Shown: positions 39,125 through 52,527, counted from the first letter of the stretch. The stretch is DNA of 64,000 nucleotides from Mobula hypostoma (GCF_963921235.1 NC_086097.1:156800001-156864000), one strand, 5' to 3'. Program-made: numbers and translations. Notes: generated from the sequence alone by a model not told the origin.

Positions 39125-40790
39125 CCTTCATTGGCCCCAGATATGCTTGTCTTTTCATCAGCTACCTGGAACAGTCCATGTTCCAAGTCTTCCCCAGTAA
39201 TGCTCCCCAACTCTTCCTCAGCTCCATCGATGATTACATCAATGCTGAGCTCGTCAATTTCATCACCTTCCACCTTGCAGTTAATTTCACTTGGTCCATT
39301 TCCGACACTTCACTCCCCTTTCTTGATCTCTCTGTCTCCATCTCTGGAGACAAACTGTCAATGGAAATCTTTTATAAACCTACTGATTCCCTTGTTTATT
39401 TTGAGTATACCTCTTCCCCACTTGTCTCCTGTAAAAATGCTATTCTCTTTTCTCAGTTCCTTTATCTCCATTGCATCTGTTCCCAGAATGCAGCTTTCCT
39501 TTCCAGGACATCAGAGATGTCCTCCTTCTTCAATGAATGGGGTTTCCCTTCCTCCACCATTGATTCTGCCCTCACCCACACCTTCTCCATTTCCCAAACA
39601 TCTGCACTTATCCTATCTTCCTGCCTCTTGAACAGTGACAGAGTTTCTCTTGTCCTTACCTACCACCCTATGAACCTTCAAATCCAACCCATCATTCTGC
39701 TCAACTTCTGCTATCTCCAAGGGGATTCTACCACCAAACCTATTTTGCCCCCCCCTCCACTTTCCACAGGGATCACTCTCTCCATGATTCTCTCGTCTAT
39801 TCCTCCTTCCCTACTAATCTCCCTCCAGGCACTTGTCCATGCAAATGGCCAAAGTGCTAAATCTGCCCATAAACCTCCTCCCTCACCTCCATTCAGGATT
39901 CCAAACAGACCATCCAGGTGAGGCACCACTTCACCTGTGAATCTCCTGGGTCGTCTATTGTGTCCGGTGCTCTCAATAAAGCTTCCTCTACATTGTTGAG
40001 ATCCATCGTAAATTGGGGGACCGCTTCATTGAGCACCTCCATTTTCCAAAAGTCGATCTTCCCAGTGGCCAAGCATTTTAATTCCGATTCCTATTCACCT
40101 TCCAACATGCTGCTTCATGGGCTTCTCTTGTGCCATGATGAAGCTACCCTCAGGGTGGAGGAGCAACACCTTATATTCTGTCTGGGTAGTCTCTAAACTG
40201 ATGGCATAAATATCAATTTCTCCTTCCAGTAATTTTGTTTTCCCTCCCCTTCCCCTCTTCTTCTGTTCTTTCTCTGAACTCTTACTTCTTCTCACCTGCT
40301 TATCAGCTCCCTTTGGTTTCCCTTTGTGTAATTATGTGTGTACATAATAAAGAACTTTAGTTCCCAGTGGGCAATGTGGGTGGTTCATTCGGAACCGGAA
40401 GTGGCAACGATGACCTGGTCCTTGCCCTCAGTATTGAGCTAGAGCCATTCTGTAAGTAGAATGTTGTAGTGCTTGTCTTTAACAGCCTCCTCCTTCACTT
40501 TCTGCTTTGGTCCACTCTCCTCTCCTGTCAGATTCCTTCCCCTCCTGCCCTTTATCTTTCCTACTCACCTGGCCTCACCTATCACCTTCTAGCTATCCTC
40601 CTTCCCCTCCTGCCACCTTTTTATTCTGGCATCTTCCCCATTCCTTTCCTGTCTTTAAGAAGGCTCTCGTCCTGAAATGTCGACCATTTATTCATTTCCA
40701 TAGACGCTGCCTGACCTGCTGATTTCCTCCAGCATTTTGTATGTGTTGCTTAGGATTTCCCAATCTGCAGAATTTCTTGTGTTTATGAAT
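39125..40790 (+). mobile_element. Penelope-like element (RT C-terminus, GIY-YIG relic, 3' terminus)
   Basis: FLSSIDDYI, FTWSISDTSLPFLDLSV, IFYKPTDS, VAKHFNS and EEQHLIFCLGSL. Degenerate hammerhead near 40650-40686, then the tail. Confidence 0.9.
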
Positions 40791-41444
40791 TAGGGAAGAG
40801 TGTTAGGCTGCAAGGCACACTTCCATATCAGCTACACAGCAGCAACACACATTATGGATATTAGGCAGGAATAAGAGGCCAGAAAAATCATGTAGAAAAA
40901 AAAATCAGCTTCTTAGCAAAATATTGAAGTTCTGGTGAATCATTTATCTGCCTGGATGGAGAAGCTTCATACAATGATGTGATTCCAGTAAGATATCATG
41001 ACTGACAAATATGTTAAGATGATCCCTACAGTAGCGTAAATGCCGTAATTTAATACTCAGAGATACTACACATACACATACACCCATTACCAGATTAACA
41101 CAAATATTTTCACTCACTTCGACAACCTATTCTCTCCACAACCCTCCACACGTTAATTAAGTCTATAAATGTATAATAAAGTTTAAAGGTAAAAGACTGC
41201 AGTTACTTGAAATCCAAAATAAAAACAGAGAACACTGGAAATGCTTAGAAGGAGCTAAGCCTGTTGAAGGGTTCCAGTCTGAAACATCGACTGGACTTTT
41301 TTCCAAAGATGCTGCCTGGCCTGCTGAGTTCCTTCAGCATTTTGTGTGTATTGCTCAGCTTTCCAGCATCAGCAGATTTTCTCTTGTCTATGAAATACTT
41401 AAAAGGACGGGAAGATCTGGGGAGAAAAATCAGTGCTAATCAAA

Positions 41445-41880
41445 GTTCAAAGTAAGTTTTATTATCTAAGTACATATGTCACCATATACAACCCTAAGAT
41501 TCATTTTCCTGGGGAATGCTCAGAAAATCTATAGAATAGCAACTATAACAGGATCAATGAAAGATCAACTAGAGTGCAGAAGACAACAAACTGTGCAAAT
41601 GCAAATATAAATAAATAGCAATAAATAACATGAACATGAAATAACAAGGTAAAGAGTCCTTAAAGTAAGACTATTGGTTGTAGGAAAACTTCAATGGATG
41701 GGCAAGTGAGTGTAGTTAATCCGTTTGTTCAAAAGCCTAATGGCTGTGGGGTAGTAACAGGATCTTGAACCTGGTGCTGCAAGTCCTGAAGCTCTTGTAC
41801 CTTCTACCTCATGACGGCAGTGAGAAATGTGCATAACCTGGGTGGTGAGGATCTCTGATGATGGATGCTACTTGCCTATG
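41445..41880 (-). mobile_element. Rex1/Babar 3' fragment
   Basis: (tcaaagt)2 tail plus ttttatt. The minus strand has catcatcagagatcctcaccacccagg...gaggtagaaggtacaagagcttcagg. Confidence 0.7.
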
Positions 41881-42886
41881 ACAGATAAATGGGTTACTGT
41901 CAGGAGAGGGAAGGGAGAACGTCAGATGGTGGAGAGCTCCCCTGTGGCTGTCTCCCTCAGCAATAAGTACTGTCGTGGGGTTGACCTACCTGTGGAAGCA
42001 GCAGCAGCCATGTCTATGACACTGTCTGGCCCTGTGGCTCAGAAGGGTAGGGAACTGAAGAAGATGGCAGCAATAGCAGATTCCATAGTCAGGGGTACAG
42101 ATAGGTGATTCTGTGGACATTAAAGGTAGTTTGCCTCCCAGGTGCCCGGGCCCGCAATGTTTCTGAATGCGTCCACAATATCCTGAAAAAGGAGGGTGAG
42201 TAACCAGAAGTTGTGGTACATATGGGTATCAACAACATAGGTAGAAAAAAGGAGGAGGTCCTGAAGAAAGAATACAGCAAGTTAGGAAAGAAGCTGAGAA
42301 GTAGGACCTCAAGGGTAGTAATCTCATAATGCATTTCGAGATTAGTCGTTATAACGTTATGGGCATCACTTAGTCGTGGTTGAAAGAGGGCCACAGCTGG
42401 GAGCTTAATATCAAAGGATAAACTTTGTATCAAAAGGACAACCAGGAAGTCATAGGCGGTGGTGTGCCTCTGTGGTTGGAGTGGAATTGCATCTTTAGAA
42501 AGAGGTGATAGAGGGTCAGAGAATGTTGAATCTTTATGAATGGGGTTAAGAAACTTCAAGGGTAAAAAAAATCATCGAGAGATTTATACATACGCATCCA
42601 AATAGTAGCCCAGATATGAGGTTGAGATTGCAAAAGGAGCTGGAAAATGCATTTAAAATGATAATAGCACTATTGTAATCGGAGACTTCAATATGCAATG
42701 GGATTTGGAAAATTAGGTTGATGTCGGATTGCAAGAAAGGGAATTTGTTGAAAGGTGGCTTCTTAGAGTAGCTTATGCTTGAACCTACTCAGGGAAAAGC
42801 AGTCTTAGATTGGATGCTGTGTCATAACCCAAATCTTATTGGGAAGCTTAATGTAAAGGGACTCTGAAGGAGGCAGTGATCATAAT

Positions 42887-44536
42887 GTTGTTGTTCGTCC
42901 TTCATAGTCGATGATGACCATGGCTTCAAAGTCAAATGGGAGATTGGTGGCTGTGGGTCCGGAGGTGACTGATGAGGCCAATCCGGGCCTTCAAGGCTCG
43001 CCCACATGTGGGACACAAGTGGATGGGTGCTGTCGTGGCAGTGGATGCTGCTCGGGCCTTGCGCACAGCACGCTTTCGTTGCGCCTCGATGATGCGCCTG
43101 ACTTCAGCTGCACGGGCTCCTGTGGTGATCTTGCTGCGCCAAGCTGGACGGTCGAGGGCAAGCGTCTCCCACATGTTGATGTCGACACCCAGGCCTTTGA
43201 GGGACGCTTTGAGGCAGTCTTTGTAACGTTTCTTCTGCCCCCTGACTGAGCGCTTGCCCTGACACAGTTCTCTGTACAGCAGCTGCTTAGGCAATCGGCT
43301 GTCTGGCATTCTGACCACATGTCCAGCCCACCTGGCTTGGGCTTTCAGCAGGGGGGTGTAGATGCTGCAGAGCCCAGCTCGTTCCAGGACTTCCGTGTCG
43401 GGGACTTTGTCCTGCCACCTGATATGGAGGAGTCTGCGGAGACAGCTCAGGTAAAAGTGGTTGAGCTGTTTGGCGTGTCTGCTGTAGACAGTCCAGGTCT
43501 CGCTGGCGTAAAGGAGGGTGGTAAGAACCACTGCTTCAGCTTGGTGGTAAGGCTGAGTCCACTCCGCTCCCAGACGTTCTCACGGAGTCTCCCAAAGGCG
43601 ACGCTGGCTTTGGCAATCCTGTTGTTGACCTCAGCGTCTATGTTCGCTGCGTGAGAGAGTATGCTGCCCAGGTAGGTGAAGTTGTCGACTGCCTGGAGGT
43701 TCTGGCCCTTTACCGTGATTGGCGGCTCCTGGTATGGCTTTCCTGGGGCAGGCTGGTACATAACTTCGGTCTTTTTGGTGCTGATAGTGAGACCGAAGTT
43801 GTCGCAGGCTTGTGAGAAGCAGTCCATTTCACACTGCATCTCCTGCTCTGTGCTGGCGTTGAGTGCGCAGTCATCAGCAAACAACAAGTCTCTGATGACA
43901 GTCTCTCGCACCTTTGTAACTGCCTGCAGGCGCCTAAGGTTGAACAACTTGCCGTCAGTCCTGTACCTGACGTGGATTCCTTCTTCGTAGTTATGGAAGG
44001 CATCTGTCAGCATGGCAGAGAATACCATACTGAACAGAGTCGGGGCAAGAACGCAGCCTTGTTTGACACCATTTGTCACTGGGAAGGCCTCCGACTCGTC
44101 GCCGTCATCCAGTACTTTCACCATCATACCGTTGTGGAACTGCTGGACGATTGTGATGAACTTGCTGGGGCAGCCAAACTTCTCCATGATCTTCCACAAG
44201 CCTTCTCTGCTGACCGTATCGAAAGCCTTGGTTAGATCAACAAAGGTCACGAAGAGGTCGCTGTGTTGCTCCTGGCATTTTTCCTGGAGTTGGCGCGCAG
44301 CAAAAACCATGTCCGCGGTCCCACGTTCAGCACGGAAGCCGCACTGGCTTTCTGGGAGCAGACCTTGCTCAAGATGTTGGAGAAGGCGGTTGAGCAGGAC
44401 ACGGGCCAGAATCTTCCACGCAATGGACAAGAGGGAGATGCCTCGGTGGTTGCCTTTCCTCTTGTAGATGTGGACTATGCTGGCATCTTTCAGCTGTTGA
44501 GGGACCCGTCTCTTTTTCCACATGGATTGGATCATA
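42887..44536 (-). mobile_element. Young 5'-truncated RTE-clade LINE (RT plus C-terminal C2H2-like finger), one frameshift
   Basis: LPESQCGFR, FVDLTKAFDTV, GVKQGCVLAPTLF, LLFADDCAL, FTYLGS and CPTCGRALKARIGLISHLRTH; (CAA)n tail; 12-bp TSD AGTGATCATAAT (42875-42886 / 44537-44548). Confidence 0.95.
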
Positions 44537-44717
44537 AGTGATCATAATACGATTGCAGTTACTGCAGTCTAAGAGGGAGAAGCATAACTCACATGTATCA
44601 GTATCACAATGGAATAAAGGGAATTACAGAGGCATGAGAAATGAGGTTGCCCAGGTGGATTGGAGAAGGAATGACTGCAGAGCAGAGATGGCTGAAGTTT
44701 CTGGGAATAGTTCACAA

Positions 44718-44896
44718 TTGCCGATTGCGTCACCTCTGATCTGGGCCGACATTTACATGCCAGATGGCCCTAATTAATTAGCTTGTTTATTGCAGTTTTT
44801 TCTTAAAGATGTGCTGGGCGCGTTCTGGCCACCGCTGCACCACTGCATGCTTCACGGATCGGTATCAGTCCACGGACCGGAGGTTGGGGACCACTG
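44718..44896. mobile_element. One end of a hAT (Charlie-like) DNA transposon
   Basis: Ends ...cggtatcagtccacggaccggaggttggggaccactg (reverse complement CAGTGGTCCCCAACC, a Charlie-type TIR). No partner TIR found. Confidence 0.65.
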
Positions 44897-47267
44897 AGTT
44901 ATCCTAACCTCAGTGGCTGGGAAAGTGTTGGAGTCCATTATTAAGGACAAGATTTCAAGATACTTGGAGACTAATAATAAAACAAGTTGAAGTCAACATA
45001 GTTTCTGTAGAGGGAAATCTTGCCTGAAAAATTTTTTAGAGTTCTTCAGGGAAGTAGCAAGAGAGGCAAGAGTGGACAAAAGAGAGGCAGTGGATGTCAT
45101 TTACTTGGATTTTCAGTAGGCATTTGATAAGGTGCTATGCATGAGACTGCTTAAAATCTAGATAAAATCTAATGGTGTTGCAGGAAAGATACTGGCATGG
45201 ATAGAGGAATGGCTGACAGGTAGGAGGCAGTGAACGGGAGTAAAAGGGGCTTTTTCTGGTTGGTTGCCAGTGATTAGTGGTATTCCTTAGGTGTCAGTAT
45301 CGGGACACGGCTACTTTTTATATTGTTTGTCAATGATTTGGAAATTGGACTTGATGGCTTTGTGGCAAATTTTGCGGATAATACGAGGTTAGGTGGAGGG
45401 GTAGGTAGGGCTGAGGAAACAATGCGATTGCAGCAGGACATAGACAAATTGGAAGAATGGGCAAAAAGTGGCAGACAGAATACAGTGTTGAGAAATACAT
45501 GATAATGTATTTTGGTAAAAGGAAGAATTATTTAAATGGGGAGAAATAATGTGGACTATTGTTTAAATGGGGAGAAGGTTCAAACATCAGAGGTGCAGAG
45601 GGACTTAGGAGTCCTTGTGCAAGACTTCCAGAAGGTTAATTTATAAGTTGAGTCTGTGCTAAAGAAGGTAAATGCAATGTTGGCATTTATTTCAAGGGGA
45701 ATAGAATATAAAAACAAGGAGATAATGCTAATCCTTTATAAGACTCTAGTCCAGCCATGCTTGGTGTATTGTCAACAGTTTTGGGCCCCATATCTCAGAA
45801 AGGATAAGACCATATGAGCATAAGACCATGAATGTGTTGTCATTGGAGAGAGTCCCGAGGAGGTTCACAAGAACGATTCCAGGAATTAAGATATTAACAT
45901 CTGAGGAGCGCTTGGCAGCCTTAAGCCTGTACTTACTGGAATTTAGAAGAATACGTGGGGAGCTCATCATAACCTACCAAATGTTGAAAGGACTAGATAG
46001 GGTGGATGTGGAGAGGATGTTTCCTTTGGTGGGCGCATCCAAAACTAGAGGGCACAGTCTCAAATTTATAGGGTGACCTTTTAGAACGGAGGTAAAGAGG
46101 ATTTTTTTTTAGCCAAGGAGCAGTGAATCTGTGGAATACTCTGCCACAGAATGCGGTGGAGACCAAGTCCGTGGGTATATTTAAGGCAGATATTGATCAT
46201 TTCCTGATAGGTCAGGGCATCAAAGGATATGACAAGAGGCAAGTGTATGGGGTTGAGTGGAATCTGGGATCAGCCATGATGGAATGGCGGAGCAGACTCG
46301 ATGGGCTGAATGGCCTAATTCTACTCCTATGTCTCACGGTCCTGTGATCTTATGGTTGGGAGGGCTTTACTTGTGAGTGATGTACTGCACCTTTTGTAAG
46401 ATGCAACTTGAAACTGCATTTTTAAATTTTCATCTAACAGGAATAGATCTGAAGCCACTCATTGGTGGGGACTTTCAACATATAGTCAATGAGACTGAAT
46501 GAAACTGCCCTGGGCAGACATACCACTGAACAAAATGAAAACAATTTCTTGAGATTAAATTCTTCAGAAATACTATTTATTAGCTGAAATATGATATAAA
46601 CACTAACAGAAGCAAGCAAATGGATGTCTGCTTTGTCAATAATTCATTTGTAAGCTACATGGCTCTTTAAGTGGCACCTGAATCCACATTCGAAGTGTTG
46701 TATGTTGTGTTTCCTATGACTGCTCTTTCTGGACTTAGGATCATTAGGCAGATTATTGCACAATGCCTGTTGTCAAAAGGTATCATAAATTTCTCAAATC
46801 TTTTTGAACTGCCTTTGTCAGATTTGGTCCCTGAAAATTATTTTCATTTATTTCAGGGTTAAATATTACCACTGAATTGAACTAGCACAACTGCTCTCTG
46901 GGCTGACTACTACATTAGCAAACTAAACTCAGACATCTGCAGTTAATCTTCACATCAAAGGCCACAGAACTATTAATTGTAAAGCAACATTAATCACTAA
47001 TCTCACCCTACTCACAGATCTGAAGCTATTAATCATTCAGGTTTGCTTGGTCCTCGCAGTCTTGGTAAAGGTGGTGGATCACAGGAATTTCAGAGTACAG
47101 AAAGGTGCCAAAGATTAAGAAGACCAGAAGGAAAAGAACATCGTATTTATTTCTAAAGGGACAAGAATGAAAGTAGGGAATTATTGCTAAACCAGAATTG
47201 AAATTTGATTAGATTATACTTAATAGTTCTGCAAACACTTCTATTTACTGTATTATACAGTGCTGTA

Positions 47268-47960
47268 CAGATGGTGCTGGCAAAACATGGCGATGCTTTA
47301 TAGGCAGCAAACAAAACTACTAACTATTTTACTGGATTACGATCACGGCAATTGGCAGCCTGAAATTTCCATTTGGGCGCTGTGCATTTGAACCATCTGT
47401 ACAACCCAACGTTTTTGCCCTACCCTGAAGGACTCCGTGAAATGGATTCTCGAGAATGCAGTTACGGCTGTGGCAGCCATTGCTGGAGCAGATTTGGGGT
47501 CAGGTCGAAGCAGCAGGGCCTGGGCCCCAGAGCAAAGAACCGTATATGGCCAACTTAAGCACAGAAAAGATTAAAAAGATCAAAGTATCAAGGTCAAGGG
47601 CAAAGGCTGAACTGGTGTTCATTGTACTACTCTATGAGTTTTACTCAGCTCAACACAGAACTGGCTCCATGCCTGTGGCCTGCAGCCATTAGGCTCCTGG
47701 ACTACCTGCAGCACAGATCTACCTCCGTGGCTAAGGACTCACTTTTGCTGACTCTGTGGTTTATGCTCTGTGTACATTGTTTACCTTTCTATTGTTGTAC
47801 AATTTGTTCCTTTTTTCGCACACTGGCTCTTTGTCAGTCTGCTGTGTAGTTTTTTTTTAATGGGTTCTATTCTGTTTCTTTGTTGTCTGGCTGCCTGCAA
47901 TAAGTAGAATCTCAAGGTTGTATATAGTCTACATACTCAAATGTACCTTGAACTTCGATT
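47268..47960 (+). mobile_element. Non-autonomous retroposon with Rex1-like tail, in an old CR1 relic
   Basis: Starts agatggtgctggcaaaacatggcg; ends gaatctcaaggttgtatatag...caaatgtaccttgaactt. Confidence 0.55.
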
Positions 47961-49284
47961 ATATGAAAGGAATCACACGTACTAGAATTGGTTTGGAGAA
48001 GATTTACAACTTAATAACAGAAACACAAAAGCATCCATATCAGGATAAATAAACTGTCCCTCTTTTCTCTTGAGAAAATAACGCTGAGAAATTAGTAACT
48101 TTAAGATATCAACGATTTTAATATATTTTATTAAGAAAGGTGTTTACACTTGTTGGGGGAGAGGATTACTAGAGACTACCATTACTAAAATAATCAAATG
48201 GGGTATTCTTAAGAAATTTTTTTGCCCAAACAACGGTGAAATTGTAGAATTTATAAAAACAACTACTACTTTTAGCAAGTAGTATCGATGCACTTGAGGT
48301 TGGCTAGGGAAAACGTGGGACAATGAAAAACGGTTAAACTGATAGCTTTCTATGAGGAATAATTAGATGATCTTTAAGTGCAGTATAAAAACCAACATGA
48401 ATTGATTGAGCCAAATGGACTGATACATCATAAGATTTCTTAAGGATGGTGCAGTATAATTTAGTCAACATATCAGAATCAGTTTTAATATCACTGGCAT
48501 ATGCTGTGAAATTTGTCACCTTTGTGGCAGCAGTAAAATGCAATACATAACTATAGGGAAAAAACTGTGAATTACAGTATTTATATTTTAAATAGTTAAA
48601 TTAAATAAGTAGTGCAAAAAAAGAAATAAAGAATAGTGAGGTTCAATGTCCATTAAGAAATTGGATGGCAGAGGGGAAGGATCTGTTCCTGAATCCTTAA
48701 ATGCGTGCCTTCATGATTTTGTGCCTCTTTCCTGATGGTAGCACATTGCTGATGAGGGTCTTTAATGATGGGCGCTACCTTTTTGAGGCATTGATCCTTG
48801 AAGCTGTCCTAGATACCATGGAGGCTAGCGCCTATTTTGGAGCTGATTAAGTTTACAACTCTCTGCAGCTTACTTCAATCCTGTGTAGTACCCCAACCTG
48901 CAATACCAGTCGATGTCATGACTTTTTAAAAATACCTGACCCACAATCATCAGAAACAAATTCATTTATATGATGCCTTTAACACAGAAAGATCCCCAAG
49001 GGTCTTACTAGAGTTGTCAAATAAGCTAAATAAGGAACAGGCATGAAAAGTTTAACAAAAGAAACATGGATTCTAAGAAGTTTCTTAAAGAGAGGGTAAT
49101 GAAAAGTTGAAAAGATTTAGGATCAGATTTCCAGAGTGAGGCCCAACTAAAATAGGAAGCATAAAGCAAGTGTCAAGGATAGGAGCGTTCCCTTACAAGA
49201 CCTTATTCAAGCAGTTGGATTATTATCAACAATAAAGAACGTCCATCATTTCCAAAGCCAGCAGCATATCTGCAGACATATATT

Positions 49285-50320
49285 TATATCAGTGGCACAG
49301 CAGAGGAAACTGTGAGCAGTTTCAGACTCCTGGGAGTGCACATCTTACACAACCTCTCTAGGTCTCATACCATACCTTACACAATCAAGAAAGCTCACCA
49401 ACACCTTTACTTTCTGAGGAGGCTGAAGAAAGCTGGTTAGTGCACATCAACACTCATGAACTTCTACAGATGCACATTAGAGAGCATCCTAACATGCTAC
49501 ATCACTGCATGGTATGGAAATTGCAGTGTGGTGGACAGGAAGGTCCTACAATGGGTAGTCATAACTGCCTAACACATCATTGACACCAGCCCACAAGCTA
49601 TCAAGCACATATATACAGAAAGATGCTGGAAAAAGGCTAGAAATATTATGAAAGATCCACCCATCCCTGTTTGTCCCACTCCCTTCAGGGAGGAGGCTAC
49701 TTAACATCCAAGCCAGAACCATCAAACTCAAAAAATGACTTTCCCCAAGCAGTAAGGCTGATTAACACCTCCAATTACTAACCCAATCCTCCATAACCCC
49801 ACCAACACTTCTTTCACAATTCCTCACAGGTAAAGTCCACCCCACCAATGAGTATATCTACAAGATTTGATGTACCAGGAAAGCAGCACCCAGCATCAAA
49901 AATCCCACCATCCAGGCCATGTTCTCTTCTCACTACTGCCATCAGGAAGAAGGTCCCACACCACCAGGTTCAGTAACAGCTATTACCCCTTAACCATCAG
50001 GCTCTTGAACCAGTGTGGATAACTTCACTCAACATTCATTCCATTACAACTGATGTAAACACCTTCAAGCAATTTACAACTCATGTTCTCAATAGTTGTT
50101 ATTTATTTATTTATTGATATTATTTATTTTTATTTTCTTTTTGCATTTGTACAATTTGTTTTCTATTGCTTATTAGTTGTTTGTCCATCTTTGTGTCCTG
50201 TTTTTCATTGATTCCATTTTCTTTGTATTTACAGGGAATGCCTGCAAGGAAGCAAACCTCAATGTTATGTGGGGCATTTTTGTACGTTGGTAACAAATTT
50301 ACTTTGAACTTTGAAGTTTT
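49285..50320 (+). mobile_element. Two tandem Rex1/Babar 3' fragments
   Basis: KKAHQHLYFLRRLKK and FYRCTLESILTCYITAWYGNC, then a second 3' end with tail aaatttactttgaactttga. Confidence 0.8.
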
Positions 50321-50744
50321 TGAGCTTTATCATTTCCTATTAGAGTCATGTTATGTTCAGACACTTCTGTATCTGGAATCACTTTATGAACAGTACATAC
50401 TATCAATGTTTATAAGTTATCTTATATTTTTATATTTTGTTGTTTTTTTTTACTATTGTATTCTTTAACTTATTGTTTTTTTTGCACTCTATTGGATCTG
50501 GAGTAACAATTCTTACATTCACCTTAAAGTTTTGTACCTGAAATGTGATTAAGCATTCTTGATCTTGAATTACTGATGTTATTGATCATGACGTTGATAT
50601 TAAACATGGTGGAATTATGAAATGAGTTTTCTTCACAAGTATCACTGGACAATTGCAGCCGAGAGCAGTACCAGGTATTTACAGAGGCATACAGTGGGAC
50701 AGCATGCCATAAATTACATTACAATGTACCTTCTGACACAACTG

Positions 50745-51050
50745 GTTATTTATTTCATTAAGAGATACAGCACAGAACAGGCCCTTCCGGCCCTTCAAGC
50801 CGTACTGCCCAGCAACCCATCAATTTAATCCTAGCCTAATCACGAGATAATTTACAATTACAAATTAACCTACTAACCAATATGTCTTTGGAATGTGGGA
50901 AGATACCAGAGCACCTGGAGGAAACCCACACATTCCACTGGAAGGACGTACAAACTCCTCACAGAGAATGTGGGAATTGAACTCCGAAGTCTGGAACAAC
51001 CCAAGCTTTAATAGTGTCACGCTAACTGCTCTGTTTCCATGGTGCCTGCA
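50745..51050 (-). mobile_element. tRNA-derived V/HE1-type SINE
   Basis: gagcacctggaggaaacccacac...aggacgtacaaactcc...gaattgaactcc (minus-strand B-box), with a CR1-like 3' part. Confidence 0.65.
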
Positions 51051-51816
51051 CACTGTTGTCCTTCAGTTTGCTAACACAGTCTTTTTCAGCATGCCACATT
51101 GCTGCAGATTTTAATCCTCATCTTCTGAGCAGTACTGAAAGCTTTTCTCTGAATGTCATCTCCTGCTGGCTTTGTCTAGCCAGTAATTTTATGTTCTTCA
51201 GACCAGCTGAGGATGGTCAGCACCAGAATTGCATAGAGAGAATGAACCTGCCACATTATAGTGGCATTAAAAATTCCCAGGTTTCTCCATGGACATCAAA
51301 CTACTGCTCGAACTGTGATGTAGGAGCAGAAAATGTGTCATATGTCAACGTCTCATAATTAACAATGGGGACCATTAACTGATATTAGATAACAATTAAA
51401 TGTTGGTTGAATAAGCATCGATTTTGAAAAGGTGCCATGATTTCTTTTACGTTGATCTAGGAGGATTTTCTGCCACTGACAGGCATCACGTCTAAACATC
51501 AGCACCTTCGTCATTGAAGTGTTAGCTCAGTAATCCACCACATATCCCTGCAAATCAGCATCTATAATCACTGCAACTTGAAACTCTAGTGTTACTAAAC
51601 AGGCAAGAATATCTGGATGAAAAACCGCCATCTAATCGGAATGTTGCGCCACAAATCATCAACTGCTGTTTCACTCTATTTAGTCATTGTTCAAATACCA
51701 TGTGGTCTTCATTAAACATTTTGCTGTGCAGAAAATCCAAATCTACAACTAGATGTTTCAAATCTCGCAAAGTTAACTGCAAGCACTGTTAACCTCCAAC
51801 CATTATTGAGTGGTAG

Positions 51817-51882
51817 ACTGTACCTCTTCCTAGAGATGCTGCCTGGCCTGCTGCGTTCACCAGCAACTTTGATGTGTGTTGC
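51817..51882 (+). mobile_element. 66-bp Penelope-derived insertion with 11-bp TSD
   Basis: TTGAGTGGTAG at 51806-51816 and 51883-51893 flanks (g)actgtacctcttcctagagatgctgcctggcctgctgcgttcaccagcaactttgatgtgtgttgc. Confidence 0.85.
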
Positions 51883-52527
51883 TTGAGTGGTAGTCTCTCT
51901 TTTTTATGAGAAGAAACTAAGGAAGACTATCTCTTACCTTTGCTCTTCTGATGATATTGTTTCTATCCAGACAGGTAATCCCAGTTCACACCAAGTAGTT
52001 TAGCAACCACTGCAGGACTTTGGTAAGGGTTATGCACAAATCACAGGATGCCATCAGATTTGAAAAGTCTCAGAGAAAAGCAAGTAGTCTTCAAATATTA
52101 GCAGGCCTTATATTAAAGTTTTTCAAAGTGGATTTACAATTTGTCACTGAGGTCAAAACAGGGATTTCAGATTAGTGACCTGTCAAAGAAATCGAAATCA
52201 CTGTTTCATTGTTCCACTTTGCCAGTTATACCCATAGTTGGCAAGCTGTATGTCTAGCCCATTACCGATAGCGACGCCAATAAAGAAAAATAAATAATTT
52301 GAAATGCATCCTGAAATATATGGAATGAGTTTCATTGGCAAAGGTTAATGTTATAAAGCCACTGATTAAAAATAGACAAACATTTAAATAGGTTTAGTAG
52401 TGAGCCATGAAGCTCTGTCATTCAACAGGAATACAATGAATCTAAGGTCTAATGCCACATCTCTGCCTGTTCCTTATAAACTGGCTCTCTGTTGCCCAAA
52501 AGTTTATTGGTGTCTGTCTTAAATATA

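Larger units (their letters stand above)
41881..46356 (+). mobile_element. Near full-length decayed CR1 (ORF1 SGNH-esterase relic, APE endonuclease, RT, tail) with nested insertions
   Basis: ADSIVRGTDR...VVCLPGAR...PEVVVH.G.N.IG (ORF1 esterase); VIGDFN (APE); RGKSCL, DVIYLDF and FADNT (RT); LERVPRRFTRTIPG; tail gatcttatgg. Confidence 0.9.

Noticed and set aside
42911..44541. Multiple plus-strand ORFs over the RTE element (likewise antisense to the Gypsy ORF)
   Set aside because: Antisense shadows of a GC-rich coding strand.
51940..52011. Possible 72-bp minus-strand exon (cag ... AAG/gtaag)
   Set aside because: Stop codons in all three frames; no support as a coding exon.
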